Below, one piece after another: positions 1-11,419 of a DNA stretch of 64,000 bases. The first letter of the stretch is position 1. Each line of letters begins with the position of its first letter. Made by a program: the position numbers and the translations under genes. Source of the DNA: Takakia lepidozioides. Its lineage: Eukaryota > Plantae > Bryophyta. The notes below the pieces were generated by a model. It saw nothing but the letters and a program-made list of their open reading frames with translations, made no database searches and was not told the origin of the DNA. The stretch lies in NCBI GenBank assembly GCA_030704615.1, contig CM060733.1, positions 63,612,001 to 63,676,000 on the forward strand, written 5' to 3'.

Positions 1-391
1 CAGCCAGACCGTTCTGATTACTCGACCTGCTCTCAGCATGGGATGAGCACAAACAAGAAGCAAACACTTGAAACGAGGGACTTTGGAGAGGTACATCCTC
101 TCCCTTCCAGGTCTCTTTTGCAAAATTTCTGATTTCTGATGTTCTCCATCTACTTATTTGAGAGCTGGTTGTGACTAGGAATATATCTTATCCCACTCAG
201 CAAGTAGTGTTCATGTGTAGTTATTGACTGTGGGTGATGGCCACAATGTAACCCATGTCAAAGGCACTCAAACCCTGTAGCAATGAGCCTCTTAGGTCAA
301 GATTTGTGGGAAGCAGGCAGAGTTAACCTATTCAAAAAGTAGAGAGGTCTATCTCTACATACCTAGACTTCGCCTCCCATTTTTGAGTTAC

Positions 392-478
392 GTGCAAAGG
401 GAGTGCTTAACAATATGGCTGAACCAGATGGCGTGTCGTGGGGGGAAATGATTGCATGATCTGTATAGCAGGCCGAGC
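392..478 (+). pseudogene. Short degenerate PPR-motif fragment
   Basis: Reads AKGVLNNMAEPDGVSWGEMIA*SV*Q, resembling the PLS-PPR consensus A..VF..M.E.DVVSWN.MIAGY.Q; contains stops. Confidence 0.4.
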
Positions 479-1290
479 AGGGGTGTAGATGCATATATTG
501 ATACAAATTTCTTTTCAGATCGTTTTTGATCTTAAGGCAGACAGTTTAGGCATTGTACTGCCAAAGCAGGGCAGTTTGCGAGTTATCTGGGAATCGCTGG
601 TAAAGCACGTAGGAATTTAGATTATGTCTGAGACGACCATGGAGGAGCTCTGGCGTCAAAATGACCGTAGGGAGCTGAGTCGAGCGGCTTTTACTCACCC
701 ATCCCTTCGCTATCCGAGGTGGAAACTCCAAGATAGAAGAGTTGGATATCTCTAAGCACTCAGCCCGCTCAAAACAATCAGTCATGACCTGCAGCTAGTG
801 AATCATGGTTGTGCTTCCTATTTGTATTCCTTCTTGCCTTCATGTTATCAATTTACCTTACCGTGTATACTGAAGCATCAGATTGCATCAGTATCTATTA
901 AGTTCCAGTTAATCATGCATTCATTCCACAGCTTTACTCATGTCACTCTACACAGTGTGTTTGTATTGAATAAGTATCAGATTATGATTTATCAGGTATC
1001 AGGCCAATGCCATGGTGACTCTAATCTGCCCTACCGTATCACTACAGCTCTGCAGGTAATCAACATCTACTGTTCATCTTTCCTCCTCTTGCTCCCCGCC
1101 TGATCTCTTCTCATGCATGACCCAGAAGCGCTCCCCGTGAAGTGTCCTCCTTTCCGTTGCCGCTCTCCTTATCTGCCCGCAAGCTGTTCTAACCACCTAA
1201 CTAATTAACCGTCATCCCTAAAGTAACACGTTCCTTCTGCAGATGTCGTTCCCTCACAGTCGTTCCCTGTCAATGATAATTGTTCCCCAT

Positions 1291-1450
1291 GTACTGTGAC
1301 AGGCTGTGTCAAGCTGTGCCGAGCTGTGACTGGCTGTGTCGGGCTGTGACGGGCTGTGCAAAGCTGTGGCGTGCTATGTCGGGCTGTGACTGGCTGTGTT
1401 GGGCTGTGTTGGGCTGTGACGGGTTGTGTAAAGCTGTGTCGGGCTGTGTA
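1291..1450. repeat. 10-bp minisatellite (NNGCTGTGNN x16)
   Basis: Sixteen consecutive 10-nt units such as gggctgtgac, tggctgtgtc and aagctgtgcc. Confidence 0.9.
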
Positions 1451-1609
1451 ACCCCCCCTAAAGCTTGCTGCTGCCACCCCTAAGGCTCCTGTTGGTCTTA
1501 ATCTGCGCAAAAATTAAGGGTACCCCACAGAACCCGTAAAAGCGTCTAAGTCCCAAGCAGCCCTCTAACATTTATCCCTCCCCCTCTCAAAAAGCCGTGT
1601 CCTCACGGT

Positions 1610-3167
1610 TTACTGTTTGGGATTAGCAAACCTTTGTGAGCGAGCACCCCTCTGACGGTGAGAGTCTCGTGAAGGACTCTGTGTGCGAGCCCGAATCCTG
1701 TCACTGGTTGACGGAGATGATTGAGCACTACCTGGAAATGTCTGACCTTCCTTTGGCTGATAACGAGGTAACCTCTCAGGCATAGGAGATCCCTGTTGTT
1801 TCTTCTCTGCCATCTGAATTGCATAGTCCTCTGCCATGTCAAAAGAGTCCGCTGAAGAAACAGTAGTATCAGAATCCTCGTCTCCCCTTAGGTGTTTTAA
1901 CGGCCGAACTTTAAGTGGAATCCTGTGTGGCATACAATGTTGTCCAACCATATCTGATACGCAAAATTAGTGAACGTCCTGAACTCCTTATCTGTATAGG
2001 TAAGAGGTGTGCCAATGACTTGGGAACAGTGCAAGTATGTCCCTTAAAGAAAATATCCTCAGGGCCGAATTTCTGTGTTGTCAAATTGTTCCAAGTCGAA
2101 TGAAACCATGAACGAAGTTGGGAATCCTTCTGCATCATAATTTTTGCATCATATAGGTACATATGAGGTGGCACTGAAGGTAAGACCCAATGATCCCCAC
2201 TGGAATAACTCAAAAATCGCGATTGCATCCTTTGCTGCTCAATGTGATAACGTGCCAGAAAACAAGCAGCATAGTATAATCCACAGCCCATGACAATACT
2301 TGATACCTCCTTGGTTTTGGTATAAATGTACCCATGTACAACTTGGAAGGCAATTAATTCCTGCAACATGGTACCTGCTTCAGACCAGTACCTCGCAAAG
2401 TGATGATCCTCAATGGGACGATTGTTCGGAAGAACCTTAGTCCTAGTCGCCACTGGCAGCCAAATGCGCATGATATGGTAGTAATGAGCCAACGACTGTG
2501 GCGGACTAAATTCCTTCCAAGCCAAACCCAACACAATGGGAATTTGGTTGAAGGGCATAATCATAGCCCGACTGTACTCTCGTGCAACAGGAGTCTTAGG
2601 TGGGTTAAAAGCAGCATCCCCCCATACCTCAGGCTGTGGTGTGGATGTAGTAACAACAGGGTCAGCTACCTGCACAGTCACTTGTTGTGGTATTGGGACC
2701 ACTGGCCTTTCTACCACTGGCATCTCCTGCACCCCTTGCGAAGAAGACTGAAAAATTAGAGTTTTGGCCTGTAAATAAGTAGCCATCAGCTGCTCCTCAG
2801 GTACAAAGACTCTCTTGTCAATATTTGAACTCAGGTCATCCACTTGAGTCTGCAGGCCTTCTACATCCTCCTATAGCTCCGCTATCCTACTATAGACATT
2901 GTCTATAGTAGTTGTGGCAATGTTCTGCACCTGCAGTCTGAGCTCATTCATCTCGCCCTGGGTGAGCTTCCGTGGTGCTTTGCCTTCCACCGGCCCTTGT
3001 GCTAACCAGACCTGCATAAGGTGGTTATCCACCAAGTCGTGTGTGGCACCCCTGAGAGTCTGCTCCTCTGTGAGCCTGTATACATCTAACTGCTGTTGTA
3101 AAGCCTCCATGCGCTTCGCATGAGGTTCAACCAAACTCACATAGGCAGCAGCCATATTATTGGCTTC
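1610..3167 (-). pseudogene. 5'-truncated unknown coiled-coil ORF, probably TE-associated (copy 1)
   Basis: ORFs 2871-3266 and 1911-2843 are colinear and highly similar to the + strand copy at 3296-5293 (e.g. LAHYY.IM.IWLPVATRTKVLP..RPIEDHHFA.YW.EAGTML.ELIAFQ); intronless with an in-frame stop. Confidence 0.6.
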
Positions 3168-3295
3168 ACTGTAAATGGACATAAGTCTAATTTCTTTGAC
3201 ATAGACCAAGGTGTAGCTCAAGGATGTACCCTCTCCCCTCTGCTCTTCAATGTTTTCATCAATCAACTACTGGAGGATGTGGAAAGTGAGGGATT
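3168..3295 (+). mobile_element. Non-LTR retrotransposon (LINE) reverse transcriptase fragment
   Basis: TVNGHKSNFFDIDQGVAQGCTLSPLLFNVFINQLLEDVE matches the LINE RT motif G(V/L)xQGxxLSPxLF. Confidence 0.8.
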
Positions 3296-5293
3296 TATCT
3301 TTTACTGAAGATGTTTTGAAGGCTTTAAATGGAGAGGATGTAGCTTGGGCAGAGATGATGCACAATGGCTTGGTGGAGGAGATGAGACGGCTGCAGACCA
3401 CTACTGTTAAGTCCCCAATTATTGTGTCAGCACAACAGGCCATGGTTATGGGTTCCATAAGCATGACTCTTAACCTGTTGGGAACCTACTTCAAGACTCA
3501 TGTTCCTTCTACTCAGTTGGCAGCATTACGGGAGGAGCTCAAACAAGAGTTTGAGGCCAAAATTGTCACTGAGTGTGCAAACAAGGTGGATGTGGAGGCA
3601 AACCTCAAGGCGAGCAAGACTCGGAAGATTCTAAAGCTGCCCTGCAGCTAGAAAAAGAGAATTTAATCAGGGCAAATCTTGAGCAGGAGAAATTGCATGA
3701 GGTCATAAGCAGCAGCTATACCAAATGCAAGTTCAGCATGAAGGGAAATTGCGAGAAGAGAAACTACTTAATTCTGGATTGGAAGCAGCCAATCAGAAAT
3801 TGGTCATACAGTGTGCCACACTAACGACTAATCTGGAGATGGTTGCGATGGAAGTCAAGAAGCAAACTGAGAGATGTATATGGGCGGAAACAGAGGCATT
3901 GGACCAGGGGAAACTCATTGCTGACATGAAGGATAATCTCTGTCGCAATGATAATACAATTCAATAGTTGAAACAGGTCAAAGTCGAGAAGGACAGGCAA
4001 CTTTTAGAGTTGCAGCAAAAAATCACAGTAAGGGATAATGAACTTTCTGTGAGTGAAAGGGCATGGAAAGAAGCCAATAACCTATCAACTGCCTATGTAG
4101 CTTTGGTTGAACCTCATGCGAAGCGAATGGAGAGTTTACAACAACAGTTGGAAACATACAGGCTCAAAGAGGAGTAGAGTGTCCGAAGTGTTACGCAGGA
4201 CTTGGTGAACAATCACCTCATACAAGAGTGGTTGACACAAGGGCCAGTGGAGGGAAAAGTGCCTAGGAAACTGACTCAAGATGAGATGAATGATCTCAGG
4301 CTACAGGTGTAGAATATTGCCACAACCACTATAGACAATGTCTATAGTCGAATAGCCGAGTTGCAGGAGGATGTGGAAGGACTTCAGACTCAAGTGGATG
4401 AGTTGAGTTTCAACATTGAGAAGAGGGCCTTTGTTCCAGAGGAACGGCTACTAGCTACTTACTTGCGGGCAAGGACTTTGATTTTTCAATCTTCAGCACA
4501 GGAAGTACCAGCCTTGCCAACACAAGGAGGGACTGTGGCACAGCAGCCACTTCAAATAGCCAGTGTTGATACCATGGCATAGCAGCAATCAGTACCTGAT
4601 GTTTGGGGTGATGCTTCTTTTAACCCACCTACTGCTGCTCTTGAATATAGTCAAGCTATGGTTCTCCCCTTCAACCAAATTCCCATTGTTATGGATGTGG
4701 CTTAGAAAGAGTTCAGTCCTCCTGAGTCCTTGGCACATTATTACCAGATCATGCACATTTGGTTGCCAGTGGCAACTCGGACTAAGGTTCTTCCAACTGA
4801 CAGACCCATTGAAGATCACCATTTTGCACATTACTGGGCTGAGGCAGGAACCATGCTGAAGGAATTAATTGCCTTCCAGATCGTTCATGGATTTATCTAC
4901 ACCAAGACCAGAGAACTTCCTAGTCTTGTCATGGGCTGTGGGGTGTACTATGCTTCTTGCTTTGTTTTACGCTACCACACTGAGCAGCAGAAAATGCAGA
5001 TGAGGTTCCAGACATATTCCAATGGGGAGCACTGGACATTACCTCGAGTTCCCAACCACAAGTATCTGTATGATGTGAGGGTCATGCTTCAACGGGATCC
5101 AAAACTTCGTCTTTGGTTTCCTTATGCTCTAGAGCACTTGGCCAAGGAGAACTTGGACTATGACCACATTTTTCCCAAGGGGCATGAGGCCAGGAAATGG
5201 CTGCAATTTTCAAAGGTGATAGGCACGCCACTCAGCTATACAGATGCGGAGCTACAGGCTTATACTAGTCTTGCTCGCAAGAAGCTGGCATAA
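3296..5293 (+). pseudogene. Unknown coiled-coil ORF, probably TE-associated (copy 2)
   Basis: Chain of ORFs from 3250 to 5293 broken by stops and frameshifts; heptad-rich N-terminal half; C-terminal half paralogous to 1911-3167. Confidence 0.6.
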
Positions 5294-6075
5294 GTCGTAT
5301 CACACAATCAACGGTATTTTTCCGGATTCCCAATGTTACCTGGCTTACGGTCACGCGGATATGGGCTGTTGTGTGTGGAGAGTTCCATGGGGCAGGTTAG
5401 TGGGCTGGAGTAATATGAGTGAGTCAACTGAAATGAGGCGATGAGGAGTTTGAGGATGTCTGAGGGGAGGGTAGTATGGGAGTAGGCTTGCGCTAGTTTG
5501 TTGAGATTACGGGGCTTTTTAGTGGGGGTATCGCCAAGGTATCGGTTAAGAAGCCAGCTGACCTCTGTGGCAAAGTTTTCTTTTGGAGGCTGTAGTTGGC
5601 TATGTTATGTGTGTCAGAGGTGGAATATTTGGTGCTTTAGGAACTGCTACCCAACACACATGGACAGGAGGAGGCCTCGCTCACCCGCCCGAAGGGCCAC
5701 TTGCACACGGGGTCCTTCAATGGGCCCGCCAGGCTATACACTCCTCCCCTTCCACCTCGACCATCCTCATCCTAACTCAACAAAAAAATGCCTGACCATC
5801 ACCACCCCCTTATACAACTCCCTCCTGACGTTACTCCTAATTTGGTGGCCATTGAACCCAAACAACTTCGATACATACGCAACCCACTCTAACCCTAATC
5901 TTGTTAGTCCACAACGCTTCCCACACCCATATACCTATAGACTTCTCTACCCACCTTAAACTATTACTGTCCGACAGTCAGAGCATGGCTATCACATCCT
6001 TTCCAACGCCACCTTTACAAGCCTCATCTCGATCCCCCTACAGACCAAAAACAAACAAAACATGGATTCCGACCC

Positions 6076-6261
6076 CGTCCAAAAACGGCAAGGTCAAATA
6101 AAAAACTATTATTTTAATACTTGTTTAATCTGCCGCATTTCCAAATTTGGAGGAGTCCGCTCATGAAATCCTCGTATCTTAGACTTCGGCTCACCGCTCA
6201 TGCGGCTCATGCGGCTCATGGCTCATGGCTCATGGTTTCTGCTCATGAAATAGTAAACCTC
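6076..6261. mobile_element. Solo terminal fragment of MULE family X
   Basis: Near-identical to 63015-63200 and to the reverse complement of 10590-10776; ends ...GAAATAGTAAACCTC. Confidence 0.9.
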
Positions 6262-6439
6262 GGCCTGGGCATAGAGGTTGTGGCAATTTGAGAAATGAGT
6301 GGAGCATGGTAGACTGCCACGAGCTGTGCTGTCGAGCAGGGATGAAGGTTGATGCTGCAGATGAATGAGCCATGTGGACTAGCCTTGAGGACAAAGGAAA
6401 TGAGTGGATCACTAAGCGTTGGGGGGGGGTACAACGGCC

Positions 6440-6579
6440 GTGCAACGGTAGGGCCGTCGCAGTTTGGACCCGAGGCTGGGGTTCCCAGGCCGTTGCAGAT
6501 GGGGTCCAGGGAACCCCAACCACGGGTCCAAACTGCGACGGCCCTACCGTCGCACCCAAAACGTCGCAGATCTGCGACG
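6440..6579. repeat. 47-bp-arm inverted repeat plus 18-bp perfect palindrome
   Basis: 6440-6486 pairs with 6509-6555 (3 mismatches); CGTCGCAGATCTGCGACG at 6562-6579. Confidence 0.85.
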
Positions 6580-7986
6580 GCGGGGGGATCGCAGACCCCA
6601 AGTCAACATGGCTTGGTGTGGTCCAGTTTTGCGACACGTGGCACCATCCACCATCCACCAAGTGGTGTCATCTAACTCGTGATAACTAATTGACTAATAG
6701 ACCATATTGTCACTCTAAGTACTCAAGACCTCTGCGCTACCGCACAGTTAAGTCACTGCACATAAACCAGTAAACCCATTAGTACTTCATGAACATAAAG
6801 GTGGTTTAAATGTATATAAACGATAATATATGTAAGACTTTATATCACCGTTTTCATTGTCGTTTTTCACACTCGTGTATTTTAACATCACATTATCAAT
6901 AATAAACTAGGGCTTCGCATTGCTCCGCACTACTAGCGACGACTTCTGAGAACAACGTCCAGATAGATGGGCTATATTCAAGTTTTATGAACAGATGAAC
7001 ATTTATTGGCTGTCTTGTAGAGAGACTACGCATCATGCTAAAATCAACGGAGAAAATGTGGTCAAAGGACCTTACACTCTGTCAAGCCTATGATTGTTGT
7101 GGTATGTTGAATCATGCTCCCTAGTTTTCCCCTCCTCTTACGTTTTGCCAAAGCAAGAGAGCCCATTGCAATTTGAGGCTTGTTTCATTTCATATTAATT
7201 TGACCGGTGTAATGACTTTGGCTCGTTTGATGCAACAAGTAGATTTTGTTTATAAATGTTGTTTATATGGTATCTTTTCATCTTTATTTTCACTTGGTTT
7301 AGGTTTCAAATCGTTTGGATTTTGATTTAATGTCACGGTTTCATGAAAAAACTTGGCAATTTTTTATTTAATGCATATTTGTTCCGGCGTTCATCATAAT
7401 GCTAAATGTGCATCCATTGTGGTAGAAGCTATCTAGGCTTGACTCTCACCTCCATGTCATCTATGTGCAAGGGTTTCCAAGTCTTCTAGTGCTCAAGTGA
7501 AATCCTTCATCGCTTTGCAATTCATCCAGGACGTAGGGCTTGGCAAAGATGGATTTTTCTCAAGCTAACTAAGTTTGGTGGTTTATAGCATTAATTGGGG
7601 CTGATATACCAATTATCTTTGCATTGTGGCTATTAGTTCTGGCTAAATAAGTGACATAATAACATTGTCCAGGCAGCCTATGAGAGGAAATCCAACTAGG
7701 ACTGGTCAAACAGGCTTCTAGTAGCCAATTCTGATTAAATTATTATAGTGGCTGATCCTAACTGTACTGCTCTGTAGTGTAGTGAGTAATTGGCCGGTTA
7801 TGGAAGTTCAAAACTAATGGGAACTTGGTGGTGATCAATGCAAAAGAGCTACCTTCTGGATAATACCCTACCTTCCAGGAGACGTTTGCTAGTGTCAGGG
7901 ATCCCTGGTAAGATAATGTGTAAAGGGAAAGGCTGATACAAGTGCATTGCCAGAACTATGTTGATTGGCAGTAGCATTTAACATAC

Positions 7987-8212
7987 CCAAAAGTGCCCAT
8001 CACATGCATTGATACATAATGGCTCTGGCCTTCAGGTGCCAACTTAGCAAGTCCAAAATCTGCTACCTTGGCATTGAAGTTATACTTCAGCAAAATATTA
8101 GATGTCTTAAAATCTTTGTGGATCACACAAGGTTGAGAGTCCTCATGCAAGTAAGCCAGCCCCCTTGCTGCCCCTAGAGCAATCCTTATTCATGTGGGTC
8201 GGTCCAGTGGAC
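7987..8212 (-). pseudogene. Orphan receptor-like kinase exon (subdomains VIa-VIII)
   Basis: [25 protein letters not shown]...[10 protein letters not shown]...VMGTFG followed by a GT donor; catalytic HRD changed to HKD; no neighbouring exons. Confidence 0.85.
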
Positions 8213-8217
8213 CATGT

Positions 8218-8390
8218 GTTGCAACAAGTTGCATCCTTTACCCATTATGGGTTTGGGCTATCGTTGGAGTCTTGACTTCGCAGGCCCATTGCCACTAACG
8301 ATTTGCCATAACAAGTATGTGCTGGTGATGGTGGAACATTTCTCCAAATGGATTGAACTGGTGGCATTGCCTGACAAGGCAAGTGAGGGG
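8218..8390 (+). mobile_element. Ty3/gypsy integrase fragment
   Basis: LHPLPIMGLGYRWSLDFAGPLP...KYVLVMVEHFSKWIELVALPDK, the start of an rve core. Confidence 0.8.
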
Positions 8391-8394
8391 AGAC

Positions 8395-8700
8395 AGATCT
8401 CATATTGCGATAAGCCTCCATACCTGCTGTGCATACCCTGCAAGCATCACGTTCCACGACACCACATCTCGTTCAACTATTGTGTTGAAAACTCCCTTTG
8501 CATCCTCAATGCACCCACATTTTGCATGCCCACCAGGGCTCCCAGGCTTGCACACGCATTGCAAACTCCCACAATCGTGATGTGGTTCGGCTTCACCCCT
8601 CCGTGCATCATTCGCTCATCCAAAGCATCGTACCACATACATATCTGAATCTGTTGAAATGCTCCTTGGTAGTCTGAGCCTCTTTCAGTCTACCTACCTC
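8395..8700 (-). pseudogene. PLS-class PPR fragment
   Basis: Minus strand reads HAKCGCIEDAKGVFNTIVERDVVSWNVMLAGYAQ. Confidence 0.7.
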
Positions 8701-9029
8701 GCATCTGGCTTGCAAATCTCGCTAAGTCCTCCGCCCCCTCACCGCAAAGCAGAGAGTCTCCTTTACTCTATAGAAAATCGACGCGTGTCATTATAGTTAA
8801 GAAATAATGCCATATAGGTCACAATTAATAAAAATGTCCCCGGGGGGTCTAACCCGCAGTCGTTAAAACAACTCCAATTTATCATAATATTAAAAATATA
8901 TATTTTTCTATTTCTTGGAAATCGACGTATAAGTCGGCGCCAAACCCGCTGTGGTCTCGGCAACTTCTGATCGTCATCCGCCATGCCAGCGTGGCCAAAA
9001 TTTGCTTGCGACGACTGGCAAGTCATCAT

Positions 9030-10138
9030 TCACAACCTGGAGTCCCAGGCGCAGTCGTTTTGGACAGAATCGCAACCGCGAGTCGGGTGCGAAAAGCACC
9101 TATTCCTTGTAGTGGTGGCATAGGTCACAAAAAGGCCTGAGTGGGTGAATGGAAGCCAGCGGGTGTGCGCGACTGACCTTGTCATTCTGAATATGGACAG
9201 TTTGCCCGTCCCTGATGTGCTCCCTTCCAATGCAACCCCTACCTGGAACAAATCAGATGCCCGTTACTGGCAGTGGGTTTTCTCATTCAGTAACAAATTC
9301 CTTTCTGACGCAGGGGCTCTCCTTCTCATGTAGGCAAAGGACATGTTGGCACGCAGAACTCTTTTTCAGCTACATGAAAGGTTCCGGGTTTTGCGTCATC
9401 AAAGCTTGGATATGCGTCAATACCCTGCCTTTTACAAAGGGCGAGTTACCGGGTCAGAGGGTGAGTTAATTTCTAGCAATGACACTTTTGGTGTTTCTCC
9501 ATAAAGTATCAAAAGTTGGTGTTTTTCTTCTTGCTCTTACTGTCTTCGGTTTTGAGGCAGACTCGGGTGTTCGAGGCTTTGTGCCTGGTGAGGGTGCGGT
9601 AGGACACCCTTCCTCCAGGGATTGCAGAGTTCCAGTTGAGGGACCTTGCAGCTCACATCGATCCCACCTGCGAGCCTGTGGAGGATGATGTGGTCTTCAA
9701 TTACGTGGACTCCGGGCGCACTTTGAAAAGGTCGAATGGTGTCCCTTGGAGAGGTGCTCGAGAGAAATCCCCAGCTTTCATGCAGACTCTGGTGGAGACA
9801 TGCAGTCGGTACGGTGGCCGAGTGGTGGACTTGTCTATGGGCACAGGTGGGGCCCTAAACTTTGTACTTGAAATGTGAACTGTGAGAGTTTCAAATTTTT
9901 TTGGGGAACCCTATTTCACTTTCTCGTTCATGCTGGATTTGCAGGAGCATCTTTCCATGCCTGCAAAAGCGCCGGAAGGCACTTCTTCGGCATGGAGGCT
10001 GATGCAGAGCTCTTTTCTAGTGAGCTTGAGCAGCTTGCATCGGGCTCTACATCTGCCCCCCCCACAGAGGCAGTTTTCGAGGAGCCTGACGTTTTTTACG
10101 AAGATCTGGACGTGGACTTTTTTTTTGAGTATGACTAA
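9030..10138 (+). pseudogene. Beta-class N4/N6 DNA methyltransferase-like gene, 5'-truncated (paralog Z)
   Basis: Exons split by GT-AG introns 9461-9560 and 9847-9944; spliced motifs X-I-II read REKSPAFMQTLVETCSRYGGRVVDLSMGTGASFHACKSAGRHFFGMEAD; degenerate motif IV region TDLVILN; stops and a frameshift. Confidence 0.75.
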
Positions 10139-11419
10139 GTCAAGTTTGTTGTCGTGCAATCGGGTATTGCATTCCATTGCATCTTTCCCGCAGTGTTCCA
10201 ATGATCGCTTCAATTGCAAATTTCGCAATTGTGACTTCGAACACCATTCCGCTTGTTGCGTTTCAGAGTGCGGCACCAATCATCAAATCATCAGACATCT
10301 TTCGGTTTCCAAGGATACTACATGACCCCAAGTCCCCCTCGTGCTTACCACTTGCCTGTTTACGCGGAAGCATGCACACGTGTGTTGTCCCATCAATCAA
10401 CCTGTTCGCCTCTCTATGGGGGGCATGATAGAGAAAAACGTGGCGGATGCGCTGGCGTAGATGTAGATGATATTGCTACAGTGTCTGGAAGTAGTTCCTC
10501 TGCAACCTCGGGTAGTTCATGGGGTTGATGTAGACTTGCTCAATAAATGGTGTTTTGCATTGCAAGTTTTGCCAACATGTTCTACTGTCGAGGTTTACTA
10601 TTTCATGAGCAGAAACCATGAGCCATGAGCCATGAGCCGCATGAGCCGCATGAGCGGTGAGCCGAAGTCTAAGATACGCGGATTTCATGAGCGGACTCCT
10701 CCAAATTTGGAAATGCGGCAGATTAAACAAGTATTAAAATAATAGTTTTTTTATTTGACCATGCCGTTTTTGGACGTTCCAGATCATGTAATGCGGCGAA
10801 GATATGTCGTCAGTAACAAGTCCGCTCATGGAAATAAGTGACCGTGCAACGGGAAATCCAGTATACCACTGCAAAAGGACGTCGCATACTGGCCTGTATA
10901 GAGTATTCCGCGGTTTTACATGCCTTAACATTGGAATGAAGCTGACCCTTTTGCCGCGATTGAACCAATGGAGTCTGCACCAATACAGTCTGCAGTACTT
11001 CACAATTCTGTCTTCTTCGGGTATTCGGCGGGAAAGGTTTGCAACTGAACTGGGAAATAGGGTGCCGCATTAGGGTTCGCACGTGCGAAATTTCGGAGCG
11101 GTTTGGTGTTGGCGAAGGCCGCCTCTGGGGGTACCTACGACGATACTTGGAAATGCGGCGCCGCATTTCCTTGTCGGAGGTCGAATGAGGAAAGCAAGTT
11201 TTCGGAAAGCAGAAAAACATGAACCCTCCAACATACAAAAATACATGCATGTGGAAACAAGTGAACGATATAGTAATATCTTAGTTCGAGCAAAACAGGT
11301 TACTGGTAGGCAAGACATATGTCGGACCTTTGTGGCCAGAGTTTGAGGTACTGGCAGCAGTACAGTTCTACTATCCGAAAAGGATGGGCGTACCATTGTA
11401 TGTGGACCGCAAGCCAAGC

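Noticed and set aside
1205-1510. 101-aa repetitive ORF
   Set aside because: It is a product of the 10-bp minisatellite.
7330-7690. Possible degenerate RNase H-like (LINE) remnant
   Set aside because: Only a weak resemblance (FIALQFIQDVG...VVYSIN) with many stops; not enough to call.
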